From: Girardia tigrina
Taxonomy: Eukaryota
Direction of reading: 5' to 3'
Assembly (NCBI GenBank): GCA_001938485.1
Contig: MQRK01199850.1
Coordinates: forward strand, 54,481-104,812
Length of the DNA stretch: 50,332 nt
The translations under genes and the position numbers were made by a program. This document shows, in pieces, positions 1 to 14,001 of the stretch; position 1 is the stretch's first letter, and the number at the start of each line of letters is the position of its first letter. The notes under the pieces were generated by a model, which was not told where the DNA came from, ran no database searches, and was given only the letters and a program-made list of their open reading frames with translations.

Positions 1-242
1 ATGTATCATTAGTAATGGAGCATATTTTGAATAAAGCTTTTTTTATCGTTCTTTTGTTTTTAACGTATTTCTTTTCAAAATTTAATCCGCATTTCATACT
101 TGTACACCTAATAGTAACTAATATTTTATTTTATTTCTACCCAGAACTCATCATTTCCTTTTAATATGATTACTTAAACACCTTTGTTTTTCTCTTTCCG
201 TTAAAGAATTATTGATTAATATAATTTTACTAAATTATTGCA

Positions 243-1486
243 TACTAGAAAAAGACCCGTCATATATGACGGGTGAGATGAATTTTCAACTTCGAAAGTT
301 TCGTAATTATTATACTTTATAATTAATTGTTTCGAATTCTGTGTTGATTTAACAGTTAGTCAGTTAAATCAGCTCCCGAAGCCTTTCGGCAAAAGCACTG
401 TGCAGACAGAACCTTTTCAATGCGGACTACGCAGAACTATCTCAACTTTACGTGGATTCACTCACTTTTCCTCCAATGTTTCTCATTTATCAGCATATAT
501 TAGGTTGTCCTAAAAGTTACCGGTCAATTATGAAAAATGCAATTTTTTTTGCAAGAATTTAGTTTAAATAAATAAAAAATGATGTTTAAATGATGTCCAT
601 CGTTTTCGACTACTTTCTTACAACGGTCTGAAAGCTTTCGAGTCTGGTCAAAGTACAATTCCGGCTGCTTCGAAATGAAGAACTCTTGACATACTGGTTC
701 AACTTCATCGAATGCTTCGAATCGGCGGCCTATTAAGAAGTTTTGCATGGATCGAAAGAGGCCATGGTCGGATCGATCTCAATCAGGTCCGTAAGCAAAA
801 TGCGGGAGGATTTCGACCAATCAATTTCCGTACTTTCTCCAAGTGTTTGTGTACCTTCAACTTTCCAAATTGCCTTGGCAGCATCTGGTGTTGTCAAGCC
901 TTTCTTCCAATAGTGACGTAGCAACACACGAATTTCAAGCTTTGTAATCTGGTAGTCCATATAATGCTATAAATAAATCGATATATATCAATATCAAATA
1001 AATAATGCCAAAACGAAATTTGAAAAAAACTTATATTTTCATTATTGACCGGGAAGTTTTAGGACAACCTAATATATGATCATAGTAAAATTTGAGCTTG
1101 ACTGACAAACCATGAATCAGATGATAACGAAATTTTGCAAATTTAACTTAAATATAATAAGTAAATAAGTGATAGAAATCTTCATTTATCAAATAAATTA
1201 GTATTTTATGAGTATTTTCAAAAAACTTTCACGAAATTCCGTGTATGAATCATCCAAATCATCATTATTCAAAATCGGTGTTAATTTAACCATTAAACGA
1301 CTTGTACGGTTTTCGATCGATTTCATCGCCTTCCGGGCGTCTTTCTGCAAAGGCGCTTCACCGACAAAATTGTATTGATGCGGGCTATGCAGATTGACTA
1401 CGATCATAAATGGATTCACTCTGATTCCTCCGCAATTTCACATAAAAAAGCGTGACTGACAAACAAAAAAACGCACTTTTTAGACA

Positions 1487-1530
<44 letters not shown>
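243..1530. mobile_element. Putative non-autonomous Helitron/Helentron-like (HINE-like) element, interrupted by a mariner
   Basis: Begins ACTAG followed by a perfect 20-bp palindrome acccgtcatatatgacgggt (255-274). Ends with gactgacaaacaaa.. and (TA)n. This layout is typical of invertebrate HINE/Lep1-like elements. Boundaries are approximate. Confidence 0.45.
500..1072 (-). mobile_element. Mariner internal-deletion derivative
   Basis: TIRs ttaggttgtcctaaaa..ccggtcaat / attgaccgg..ttttaggacaacctaa with TA on both sides. N-terminal HTH fragment (IRVLLRHYWKKG) is joined to a C-terminal fragment (KVVENDG). Same family as 20840-22068. Confidence 0.9.
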
Positions 1531-2459
1531 CTTTATATTTATATTAATATATTAAAAAAAAATTTAAGACATAAATATCTTGCTACCAAGCTCTCTTTTT
1601 CTTTTATATAAAAATTAATAAATGACCAACTTTTCTCAAGTTGATTATTATCAAGTATAGTTACAACATTATTATTCGTAAAGCTGAAAAATATCCTCAA
1701 CTAAAATGCTTTACTTTTATCTGAAAATTTAGGTGAAAAATCAAAATCATCAGTCCTTTTTAAAACTGATAAATATACCTTGGTCGGTGCATCAAGAAGT
1801 TTCTATCTAAGGATGGTATTTGATAAAGAAGAAGTTTGTATTTGATAGATAAATTTGTTAAATAAATAAGTAAAAATTTTATGAATTTACTTTATTATTT
1901 TATATTCTTAATTTATTGTCAGAGTAAAAAGAAGTAAAGTATAATAATTATTTATTATTTCCCTAATAAAACTTTAATTCAATATTTTTATTTCTATATA
2001 TTTTACGTTATATTTATTAATTATTTAATTTATTCAACTAATTGAGTGAAAAAAGATTTCAGAAATGATATTCACTGAATTTCTCTTTTTATATATTAAA
2101 GCAAGAATTCTGGTTGCAATTAGCTCTTTACAAATAATTTATTTTTCATTAATGACAGTTATAATAGAAAAAGAAAATGATAGACACATAATTATTTTCA
2201 ATAATATATAATTTATAAAAAAACATTTGATCCTTACAATAAATAGTGTAATTAAAAAATTATTTTTTAACTAATATTTCATTTTCATTATATAATTAGT
2301 TTTTTTCTTTTATTGAAAGTTTTATGTAAATAATTTTGTTGAAATTAGTTTTTAGTAATTTTAATCCAAATGAAGGTTTTTCTTTCAAAAACATGTACGA
2401 GTTCATAGGACTTTAATTATAATTTTTAAAAAAATGAAGATACACAATGAAATTGTTAA

Positions 2460-2679
2460 CCCCTTAATGCATGATTTTTTTCTATTTTAATAAAAAAATA
2501 TATAATATAGGAAAATAGAAGTAAAGAAATACTTATTTTTTTTATTTTTAAATAAATAATTAGTTCATGTGGAATAAGAACAAACAGTTTGATCCATATA
2601 TGAGAAAGCTATGCAGTTAGGGTAATAAAACTATGAATACTTAGTTTGGATCATATATGATCCACTTTGTGATAAGGGG
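2460..2679. mobile_element. piggyBac-type MITE
   Basis: TTAA|CCCCTTA ... TAAGGGG|TTAA, with internal related motifs (tgatccatatatga; ggatcatatatgatcc). Confidence 0.8.
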
Positions 2680-2699
2680 TTAATTTATGTTATCGATAG

Positions 2700-2977
2700 T
2701 GTGGTGATGTCATTCCTCAAAACATTTAGTAATATTGAACTTCAATGATGTCAAATCTCCTGACATCACTACAGTTCAAATTCCGGTGATTTCATATGTC
2801 ATGAGATCACCAGAATGTGCAATTGCAAGGACAATTTCAATTGCATCAATTGACCCCGGGGCATATTATGTAATGTTGCCTTAATATAAAAGGCAAGATT
2901 TCCATATTTAATTGGTTAGCAAACCCCGATCAATATTTTATATAATAAATTTTATTATCTAGTTTCCGTTCTTTACA
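2700..2977 (+). repeat. 5' LTR of a gypsy element
   Basis: TGTGG...TTACA with TATAAAA and AATAAA inside, followed by a PBS-like TGGTGTCGGAA at 2979 and then gag. Confidence 0.6.
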
Positions 2978-5440
2978 ATGGTGTCGGAATTTGCCGAAGA
3001 TTCAGTCAACTCCATCCTACCTCAACCTCAGGCATTCTATGTTGATGATGACGGTACACCCCTTTCCTGGTTCACCCTCTTCGAATTCTCGTTCAACAAC
3101 AAACACAATTCTTCGACATTGGCCAAGTATCTCCTCAGCAATCTCCCTTCTGAACTCCTCCAGAAACTCGGATCCAGCGCTATCAAATGCCTCAATTCTT
3201 CTCAGCCATATGAAAAGTTGAAAAATGTTATTTTCAGTCACTTTAGTCCATCACAATCAGAAATATTTAAAAAATATTTCCGACCTCAAACACTGGTCAA
3301 TACCTCAGCATCAAAATTATTCTCAAGAACCATCTTTGAAATGAATTCACTTTAACCCGGCAGTCCTCCAAATCCAGAACTCGTCAAAGAATTATTCCTA
3401 TCCGCGATGCCAGCCCACATCCGCCTAATATTATTAAGCTCCGATAAATCAGACCCTACTGATTTAGCCACAATTGCTAATCGAGTTCTCCAGGAATCAT
3501 CAAGCTCAAGTTTCACAGATATACAGAGTACCGACCTTTGTTCTACAGCCGAAGAGCTGTCTAAACAAGTAACTTTGTTAACGACCCTTTTAACTCAAAA
3601 TTCAGCAGAGAGTTCCTATGTCAACCGGCCAGATTCACGTTCCCTCATCAGAAGATCGTCCCAACGGAAAAATGTTTTACTTTGATCGTACCATTACCAG
3701 TTCACCAAAAAAGCAAAAAATTGCTGTATTGGCTGTGGTTGGACTAAATCTGATACCTATTCTATTCTCCGTGATCCAATCTGCGTCTATCACAATCGCT
3801 TCGGTTCAAAGGTCATCAAATTTTTGTAAAGATGCTCATTTTTAAAAAACAAGTAGAGTCTCTAGGCGCTCAAGCCCGTTTAGACGACTTTACATTATGC
3901 TCAATGCTCAATTTCAATCCGATTCCGGTCTCAAAACAAACAAAATTGATTTCCGGTTCGTGCCTTTCTATTATTCCTCCGAGAATGGTACCAACACGCT
4001 TTCCGAAAACCACTCTCCGTGCCGCCAACGGTTCGCCAATCCAGACCTATGGAACCATCTCACTTTAATTCAGGCTCTCCGAATTTCAACAAGATTTTCA
4101 GTGGACCTTCACCGTTGCTGACACAGTCCACCCACTTCTTGGAGCTGATTTCTTAAGCAGTTATGGTTTTAAGGTTGATTGTAAGTCTCATAAAATTATT
4201 GAAGCTCATTCGTTTTCCAAAATTTCGATCCCATCGACTTCTTTATCGTCAATCATATCGAATTGTTCAAGGACTACAACTTTACAATCATTCATTAAAG
4301 ATTTTGTTCCAAAGTGTTTGTCTCGCGATCCGGCTTTCTTTCCAATTCATCCGGTGGTTCATCGAATAATCACCAAGCCATGTAATTCAGTCAGGCACAA
4401 ACGACGCGAACTTCCAGTTAAATCCAGATCGGCAGTTCAAGAAGAACTTCGACAGTTAGAGAAAGACGGTATCATCCGTCGTTCTTCTTCCCCATGGGCC
4501 TCAGCTCTTCATGTTGTCGAAAAACCGGACAAATCATTTTGCCCATGTGGAGATTATCGAGCATTAAATTCCCTCACAGTGCACGATTCCTATCACATGA
4601 CGTTGATCACTGACATTGTTCCTCGACTCACCGGTTCAAAAGTATTTCCAAAAATTGATTTGAAGAAATCTTTTCACCAGATTCCCGTAGTGGATGAGAA
4701 CATAGAGAAAACAAAACAACCGTTTGGCTTATTTTAATTTCTTCGAATGCCTTTTGGTCTCAGAAATGCAGCTCAATCATTCCAGCGCTACATTGATACG
4801 GTTACAGCTGATCTTGATGGTGTTTTCGTTTATCTGGACGACATTCTCATTGCATCAAATAACGAAGATCAACATTTTCAGACTTTGCGTTCGCTTGTCA
4901 CTAGATTGCATGAAAAATATCTCCAAATTAATACTAAAAAATGTATTTTTTGAGATTTCAGTGAAATTTCTTGGATTCCAAATCAATTCCGACGGCATCG
5001 CTCCTATCCCAGATAGGATAAAAACAATCTCGGAACTCGCATTGCCAGTCACCGTATCCCAACTCAGGAGTTTTATCGCCATGGTAAAGTTCTATCATCA
5101 ATTCTTACCACATGCTTCTGAAATTCTTGCACCGCTGGTTTTTTTTCATATGGACATAAGACTCTCAAACTCAATTGGACTGAAGATTTAACTTCCCGAT
5201 TTTCCGAAATTCAGAAAAAAATTTCCGATTGTCCAACTCTTATGTTCTATGACCTATCATTACAGTTACAGTTAACCTGGGATGAATCCGATATTGCAAT
5301 TGGAGCTGCATTGCATCATGGACAGATCCTTGAACCTATTGAATTCTTCTCTCGAAAACTTTCAGACACTTAAACTCGATATTCACCATTTGATCGAGAA
5401 CTCCTAGCAATTCATGACGCTGTTTCACATTTTTCACATT
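2978..5440 (+). mobile_element. Degenerate Ty3/gypsy (CsRn1-like) gag-PR-RT-RNaseH, 3'-truncated
   Basis: Motifs LRAANGSPIQTYG, SSPWASALHVV, CGDYRALN, MPFGLRNAAQSFQRY, YLDDILI and an RNase H remnant (FDRELLAI). Multiple stops and frameshifts. No integrase or 3' LTR. Confidence 0.93.
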
Positions 5441-5539
5441 TTCTTCTTTTACATCACTACTAATTTTTTTTTAATAAATGATAAATACAATAAAATTCAC
5501 AGATTTGTTTATGAAAAAATCACTATTATGATTTTTTAT

Positions 5540-5940
5540 TTTTTATCGATCACTACGTAGATCAGTCAATGACTGTCGATGAATGTTATGAAGGAAATCA
5601 TTAGGAAAATCACGCTCCTATTTTTATTATATTTTATTTTTTATCTATTTTTTTATTTTATCTAAAAGTAAATAAGGGATTCATCTGGAGAAGAAACTGT
5701 GTTTACCGAGATCCTTAGTGAGAATACTATGGACCGAACCTCTGGAGATTTTAGTTTGTTTAAAAATCTCATTGAAAAGATCTTTCAATAAAATTATTTA
5801 TTTGAATATTTTCCACGGCACTTGAAGAACGACGATTCATCCAATTTCTTCACTAATACAGTGTTATTCCAAAATATTAAACTTTTGCTTACAGAATATA
5901 AAACTTTTTATTACAATGCATACAGCGTTTAGCAGCTATT
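5540..5940 (-). mobile_element. Old mariner transposase relic
   Basis: Minus strand reads ISRGSVHSILTKDLGKHSFFSR*IP, matching the mariner HTH-to-WVP region. Confidence 0.55.
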
Positions 5941-5989
5941 TGAGATCAAAATAATGTCCATGGGACAAAATGAATAGACAAAAGAAAAA

Positions 5990-6420
5990 ACATTTATTAC
6001 ATATTTTACTTTTATATAGATGGACACATACATAAAAACTAGATCATTCAATGAACCAAATATAAGCTTCTATACACGGCTAATACCGATTGCAGTACTG
6101 AGATAGGCTTTGGGAATGTTTTCCATTGCAACCACTGGATCAGCTGTTGTGGGGATGACTACGGCTTTAAACTACGCCTTCTACATAAAAATCTCACGGT
6201 TTGACATCTGATAAGCTCGGGGCCAAACATAAGGTGTAACATTGTCGTGAAAATTCTCTCCCATTCATTCTTTTTTTGTTCTGGTTGTATGAGATTGTTC
6301 TGAGTTTTGTTGAAAAATATACGACCTCACACGTGTTACAGTAGCAATCTAAGGCATGACAACTGTGGCTAACTCTTCGGTGTAAGCAACGGCATTGACT
6401 CGTACTCAAAAGTTTTATAT
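5990..6420 (-). mobile_element. Tc1/mariner (maT-like) transposase C-terminal relic
   Basis: Minus strand reads VRVNAVAYTEELATVVMP*I..YIFQQNSEQSHTTRTKKE*MGENFHDNVTPYVWP, a decayed FQQDSAPSH..WPP motif. Confidence 0.7.
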
Positions 6421-6768
6421 TTTATTATGAAAATTTTTATATTCTGTAATCAAAAGTGTTTTATTTTTAATAACACTATAAAATTTTCAGCACCATATAC
6501 ATTAGACAATTACAAAAGTTGAACTCAGTGCTCCGAAATAAAAGATTGATTCGGTGCATCTTTAATTGATACTTTTCATTTAATTAATTTAAAGTTATTT
6601 AATTAGTTATTGTCGATAACCAGTGAATCTTATTAGCTTTCATGTCCTTTGTTAAAATCAATTGTATGAAGAAAATTACATTTTCTGCTTTAAAACTGAT
6701 ATAGAAGAGGGAATCAAATAACCGTTTCGGTTTACCTACAAATGACAGAATCAAAGATTTGGAATTAA

Positions 6769-7418
6769 CACATTGTGATCGGGCAGTTTTCGGCCGCGTA
6801 CTAGTGCTGGTGATTTTTCGCGTAATTTCACGCTAACGTAGACCTCTAGAAAAATTGCGATAACTTCAAAAATATTTGTTTGATTTCAATAATTCTTTTT
6901 GCAAATTATTTATTTTATTACATTTTATTTTATTATATTTAGAAATGTATTCTTCATTGTTAAACTAGTGCAGAATTTCACATAAAGTAGGAAAGTTTTG
7001 CAAAAAATCATATTTTTTTACATAACATCCTTTATTTTACAAATTATACATAAAAATTATTTCTAAATGTAAAATAAAAATTAGTATTATTTTAGGGTGT
7101 GATATCTTTCAAATTATTATTCTTCGTCTTAGTGTTGCATGTAGACCGTTATATGTACCGTTATCTTCGACTATTTTTGTGATGAATAACACTACCTCGG
7201 TACCCATCGTACACCACATCTATTGTTCTCAAAAGGTTTTTACTTGAATGGCTACAACCCTACAGACGCTATATAGCGAAAACTCAAGTATATTGGAACC
7301 CGTATTTTAACGTGACCCGCGCTCCACTAACAATCTATCAAAAACATATAAATACGTGATCCGCTCTCTAGCATTAATTTGCTAAAAACGTATTAATACG
7401 TGATCCGATTACAATGTG
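6769..7418. mobile_element. piggyBac-type MITE
   Basis: TTAA|CACATTGTGATCGG ... CCGATTACAATGTG|TTAA, with subterminal repeats (a)cgtga(t/c)ccg. Confidence 0.82.
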
Positions 7419-8112
7419 TTAATATAATTTTTGGATTCTTTAAAATAATTATAATCTGCCGCCACGAATAACACATTGCTATGTCAACAATTTTTAGTCG
7501 ATTCTGTTTATATTTTATGAAAAAAAACATTTTCTAAGTTATTTTGTGATCATTTTCAAACAGGAAATTCGATTAACAATTAATTAATTTACAAATATTT
7601 AAACTTTATATTTTCTGAAAATATAACAAACAATTTAAAAAATATTATTAAATGTTTTAAAAATATTTTTCATGTTTTCTTTCAACAAACTCAAAACAGA
7701 TTTCTAATTTAAATATAATTTCAATAATATCAAGTTTTAATTAGTGTTATTAGTTTCTCAAAGATATTTTTGATATTTTTTATATTTTTTTAATATAGAA
7801 AATTTTGATAAAAATGGAGCAATTTGAAAGCAACCATTCAGAAAAAAAACCAGTTGGAATCTGATTTATGTCAAAATAATTTCCATTTTATAAATAATTA
7901 TAGTTAATAATAACAATTTTTGTCAGAATACAAAAATAAATTTGCCATATTTTGACTTTTTGCAATTATTTATTTAAAATTTGTTTATTTTTATTAAACC
8001 GTTAGTTAAATTTATAGTTATGAAATTAAGATTATACAATAACTTTTAATACAGTGCACATCTTTTAAAAAATATACTTTTGCAAAAATTATAAGCTATA
8101 ATTTTTTATTAA

Positions 8113-8865
8113 CACGTTGAAGATCAATATCCTGGAGAACTTCCGAATGCAGAAAGAGAAGCCCAGGTGCTATGGAGAAATCGGAAGGACTTGTGATTTA
8201 GAGGAGACTTGCTATATATTATTCTCCAATAGGACTATAAACTTCTTTTACCAAAAAATTGAAGAGATTAAATCATCGGCCATGCTCATATGTTGCATGG
8301 GCACATTGGAGTCAGCAAAACAACAGCTCTTTTAAAGGAGAAATTCTACTGGCCAGGTATGTCTTTTTATGTTAGAATAAGAATAGGAAAATGTAAAGAA
8401 TGTCAGAGCCGAAAAAATCAACGACCAGACAGAAATAAGGCTCATGGATCCTTAAATGCCGGGTACCCCTTTGAAACAATATCTATTGATGTAACAGGAC
8501 CCCTTCCAGAAAGTAAAAATGGATGTAGATACATTTTGGGAATTATTGATAACTTTTCAAAATACCCCATGTTGATACCACTGAGAAATATGACTGCAAA
8601 CACGATATGCAAATCCATATTTGACAAGTGGATCGTGCAATTTGGAATCCCGGACAGGATACACTCAGATAGAAGGACTGCTTTTGAGAGCGAGATCGTA
8701 CAGGAACTTTGTGCTCTTCTTGGAATTAGAAAATCTCGGAGCTCACCATATTATCCTCAAGGTGACGGGGTAATTAAGAGATTATTTGGTACAGCAAAAG
8801 ACATGCTTTACGCAACAGCGAAGTCATCTGGATGTGAATGGGAAGATGCGATCCCCTGGCATTAA
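8113..8865 (+). mobile_element. Gypsy integrase fragment (HHCC zinc finger + rve core)
   Basis: HGHIGVSKT..FYWPGM..CKEC, ISIDVTGPLP, IIDNFSKY, HSDRRTAFES, YYPQGDGVIKR. Confidence 0.92.
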
Positions 8866-9849
8866 AATCTTTTCTACAAATCAAAATTAGAATTAATTCC
8901 TATATTATGTGGTAATTATTTTCTATCATGAGTCAAAATTAAAAATCAAAAATGATTACAAATAAAAGATTAAACCAATTTTTAATTTAAATCTTGAAAC
9001 ATTTCTTTTCCAAAATTGCAATCACAAATGATTAAAATATTGAAAATATTAAATAATTAAATGAAAAAAATATTGCAAAATAATGACACTAAAACCATGA
9101 AAGTTGAAACACTTCAGATCATTAATAATCTTTAGAAGTCTTTTATCAATATAAATACGTTCAAATAGGGCAAAAGGTGTCCTTTCCTTCTTAGCCTTTA
9201 ACCGATCGGATCAACAGAAACAAAATGCGAATCAAACACAATCGCGATTTTGTTACGTGCAGCCGAATTCAACAGTAAAAGCATTTGAATTAACTTTGAT
9301 TATTTCTTCTTACACAATCTTTTAGTGATCCGACATAATTGTAATAGAGATTGAGATTTTAAAAAATTTGAAATGATTTAAAACTTAAAATTTTCAAAAC
9401 TTTTTATTAGAGGTTCTTGGAAAATCGTCAGAATTATTAGTATCAGACATTAAAACTTTTATTATACCACAAAACAATGTTTAAATCTAATATTTAAACA
9501 AATTTATTTTTTTTGAGAAACTATTTGTTTCATAAATCTTAAACCGATATAGATAAAAATACATATAAATATTCATATTTACTTTTTTTATTACTTCTAT
9601 AATTACGATAACACTTTAAAATATTTAATCGTTTCATTTAATTTTATTACTTTTTTAAAATCGTTTCACATAAAAATTATACACTTTTTTTTACTTTTTA
9701 TATTATATTAAAACTCTCAAAAATTTTTATTAGCAATTTAATTGATCTTCTTAATTTTAGTAATTTTATTTTTTCGAATTTTACATATTTAATTATATAA
9801 AAAATTTTAATTAGTACATATTTAATATAACTTTCTTTCAAAAATTTTC

Positions 9850-10180
9850 CTAACATTTTTAATTCCTAACGCTTTTCTTGGCAAATCGGGTTATTGTAAG
9901 ATTATAAAAGGCCCTAAAGTTGATCCTCACTGAAGAATCTTTTCATCAAAGTACCCTATAACGATCAAGATTTGATATTGTCTAAGTTTTCTTTATTTAA
10001 TGAAGTATTGTTCGTTATTTGTTTTGATCGCGATTTGATTTTATTTCAAGACTTTGGGAACCATTTAAAGAGAGAATCGAACATCCCCACCAAGTTTCTT
10101 TTTCAAAACAACATAAAATATTTTTACATTTTGAATGTTTGTCTCACTGCATTATGGATCCCAAATATGAAAGAATTCTT
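9850..10180 (-). mobile_element. Highly decayed mariner relic
   Basis: Minus strand reads VVLKKKLGGDVRFSL*MVPKVLK*NQ...IVIGYFDEK, resembling the WVPHEL...IVTGDEKW region. Confidence 0.4.
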
Positions 10181-10749
10181 ATTTTGTTATTTATATTAGT
10201 ATTTCCTATTTAATATTATTTTTTATTTTTACTTCAGTTTACTATAATAACACAAACGAAACTCGAACCAGAAGACAAAAAAAGTCTCATTGTAAAAATG
10301 AAATTTGATATTTTGGGATTTAACTGAATTCCAATTTTATTATCCAAAACTATATGAATTATATAATTTAATTTTTATTCAATTATCAATAAAGAAATTA
10401 TTCCAAATAATCAGGAATTTATAAAAAAAGATTTGAAAAATAAAATGTTATTATTTGAATAAGAAAGAATTTATTTTCTCAAAAACATTAGTTGACTTTT
10501 TTTCACTATATCTCTTATACTAAAAAACTTTTTTTAGTTATTTAGCAAAAAAGTTAATTGATATTATTTCAAAAAATTAAAATATATTATTATAGAAACA
10601 GTTTTTTTATTATATTTCCACGCAAAACTCATCATAATTAATCGGTGAAAGTTTCTGATCGACAATAATTAACTGTGATGAGAATCAAAATTTTCTTAAA
10701 AGAATAAAAAAGCTAAAAATAAGAGTTTATATTGAATATATATAGGGGG

Positions 10750-13700
10750 TGTGGACACCGAACAGGATGAAAAACAAAACTGGTCAAAGGATGAGCTCAT
10801 TGTAGCGAAAATACTTGGAGAAATGATTGGCGTCAACAGGTTATTTGCCTACTCAGACACTAAAAAATATTCAAAAGCCAAACGACTACAGAAGAGGATT
10901 CGGAAGTGGAAGACAGATCGCAATGATGGAGAAGGAAGAATACGGAGGAGAGCGAGAACATATAGAAAAAAACGACATTGGAGTAAGTTTTCATGCGCAT
11001 GAACCAGATCATATAAATTATATATATATATAGTAGTAGTAATATAAATTATATAAATAAAATAAATAATAAAGTTGATAATAATATAAATGCTAAAAAT
11101 AAAAAAATAATAAAAAAGAACAAAGTGAACCAAAACCCGATCTGGAACCAGAAGTAAGTCAGAAAGTCGTGAAATTTATAAAAAAGGAATCATTTAGTGA
11201 TAGAGAATTGCTAATAATTAATAATTGGGAAAATGTTCCAATTACATACGATAAATTACAGGTCGACCGAGTGTAAAAATAAGAATAGAAAACTTAGAAA
11301 TCGAATGTTTACTGGATACGGGTGCAGCGTTGAACGTTATGACGGAAGGAATATTAAAAAACTTAAATAACATAAGGGTGGAACAGATAAATCAGAGATT
11401 AAAGGCAGCAAATGGACTACAAATGGATGTCAGAAGAGAAATAGAAACGATAGTAAAGATTGAAAATTAAGCTGAGAAAATAAGATTTGTAATAGTGAAA
11501 AATTTGAGACCAGAGATGATCGGAGGAATACCATTGATGAAAGAGTTCGGAATAGAATTGCAATGGAAAGAGCGGAATTATCAGGAAACAGAGAGAACTA
11601 AAAAATGTGAAATTGAAGCTAAATTTGGAAAAGAAATCACCAATGAGAATCGCGTTCAAGGGGCATTAAAAGTGATAGACACAAAGAACGATAAAACACT
11701 AGAGCAAATAATTCACGAATATGGAAGAGTATTTATGTCAAACGATTGAGATATAGGCCTTACAAACTTGCTACAAAACAAAATAGAGACAACAGTGAGA
11801 CTCATAAACATAAAACCGAGAAGACAGCCAGTACATCTGGAAGACAAATTAGAAGAAGCTATAAAAAATTTGGAGAAAAACGAAATAATAAAACCATGTA
11901 ATTCTGAATGGAACACACCAATAGTGTGCGTGTGGAAAAAGGACAGGGACGAAATCAGATTGTGTCTGAATTTTATACAGTTAAATCGAATCACTAAGCC
12001 CCATGCAGAATATAGCTGAAATGATGGATAGATTACACGTCACAAAATATATTAGTAAAAGAGACTTAGGGAATGCATACTATCAAGAAGAATAGTACAA
12101 AGAATCACAGGAAAGAACGGTGTTCTCCACCAAGACAGGACTGTTTTGTTTTAAACGGATGCCTTTTGGCATAGCCGCAGCCCCAGGAACATTCCAAGAA
12201 CTAATGACAAAGGTGTTACAACCAATAAAGAAAGGGGCATCAGTTTATTTGGATGACATACTAATAGCGACAAGTACAAAGGAAGAACATTACAAGGTGA
12301 TAAGAGAAGTATTTGAGAGGATCCAACAAACAGGGCTAAGAATAAAACCAGCAAAATGTAAGATATTATGACCGGAAGTAAAATTTCTGGGACACATAAT
12401 AAATGACCTAGGGATACAGACAGATCCAGAAAAGTTTGCAGCGATAGAGAATTTCCAAAGGCCGAAATGTATTAAGAATTTGAGAAGTTTTTTTGGGAAT
12501 TTGTAACTATTATAGAAGGTTTATTAAAGGATATGCAAAGAAAGCCAAAGTATTAGAAGGAATGTATGGTTTAAATAAAGAAAAGTTAATTTGCATGCGA
12601 AAAAGCGTTTAACGACATGAAGGAAGGATTGATAACGGCACCAATACTGAGCTTCCCAGATTTCAAAAAACAATTTATTCTGGATACAGATGCCAGCTTT
12701 GACAGCATAAAGGCGGTACTGTCACAGATAATTGATTCGGGGAAAGAGCAAGTAATATCATATGGATCACATTCAGTGCCAGCACATGAAAAAGGTTATT
12801 GCATAACAAGCAAAGAAATTTTGGCAATTTTTTTATTTTTTTCAGCATTTCAACCATTATCTGTACGGGAAGAGATTTAAATTGAGAACGGATCATAAAG
12901 CTATAAAGTTCATGTATTATACAAAGAAACTCTTAACGGCTCAATTCCAAACGTGGATGAATTACTTAAGTAGTTTGGAGATCGACATAGAATATAGAAA
13001 GGGAGTGCTGCATGGCAACGCTGATATGTTATCAAGACAGAATTGCGACACATGTACACAATGCTAAATGGAACACGAAGAAGCAAAAAAAGGAAAAAAA
13101 ACACGACGAGATTATTAGCAGTGACTACGAGGAGTCAAGTCAGAGTGGGTATGAAAGAATGGATACCGAAAGAAAAAGAAGCGATCTTATCATACAAAAA
13201 CATAGATTATTGTGCCATGCGGGAGTCGAAAAAGTGTACCAATATCTGAGAGACAAGTTTGATATGGAAGAAGAAAAGAAAACGGTAAAAGAGGTTCATA
13301 GGATGATGCATGGAGTGTCAACGAACAAAGACAATAGCCACAAAAATAAAGGAAGAAAACATAAAAATAACAACATCAGAAATATTTGATAAAGTTTATA
13401 TAGACATCTGCCGACCATGGAATAAGGCAGTAAGAAAAGAAAGATACATCTTGGGAATAATTGACCATTTCAGTAAATACGTGAGCCTGACAGCAATTAA
13501 AAGACAAGATGAAGAGGCAATAGTACAAATGATATGACAGAAATGGATATTAAAATTTGGAGCACCAAAAGAGATCCACGTAGACTGCGAGAAATGTTTC
13601 GAAGCGAAAAAAGTAAAAGAAATGTTGGAAGCAAAAGGTATTGAATTGATTTTCTCTAGCCTATATCCCCATAAAACAAATGGGATAATTGAAAGGCAGT

Positions 13701-13777
13701 TTCGGACAATACGAGAATACATACATGAAAGTTTGAAAGAAAGAAATGATACAAGTGTGGCAGACATATTACCTTAA
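10750..13777 (+). mobile_element. Degenerate Ty3/gypsy pol (PR-RT-RNaseH-IN), gag absent
   Basis: LLDTGAA protease, SEWNTPIVCV, MPFGIAAAPGTFQ, YLDDILI, FILDTDAS, RTDHKA, HGNADMLSR, LCHAGVEK, IIDHFSKY. Many frameshifts. Cut off at a TTAA/piggyBac MITE. Confidence 0.93.
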
Positions 13778-14001
13778 CCCTTTACTGACTATTGATGCCA
13801 TATGGAATCATAATATATATCAGACTTGTATAGCCATCTATGAATGAATAGGGATAACATTTTTTATTTAGATCGATAAGGAAGATCGATAAGAAGATAT
13901 ATTTGTTATCAATTAAATTTTTACTCTAATTACTTTACTGCTTTCGCATATATTTTACTACATTTCAGTAAATTGATATTCTTAATTCAGCCAGGAAAGG
14001 G
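13778..14001. mobile_element. piggyBac-type MITE
   Basis: TTAA|CCCTTTACTGACT ... AGCCAGGAAAGGG|TTAA. Confidence 0.75.

Noticed and set aside
9826-10185. Apparent + strand exons, and a frame with only TGA stops suggesting a recoded genetic code
   Set aside because: Better explained as the antisense shadow of a decayed minus-strand mariner (KKKLG..VPKVL..DEK). TE ORFs in the window use TGG for Trp.
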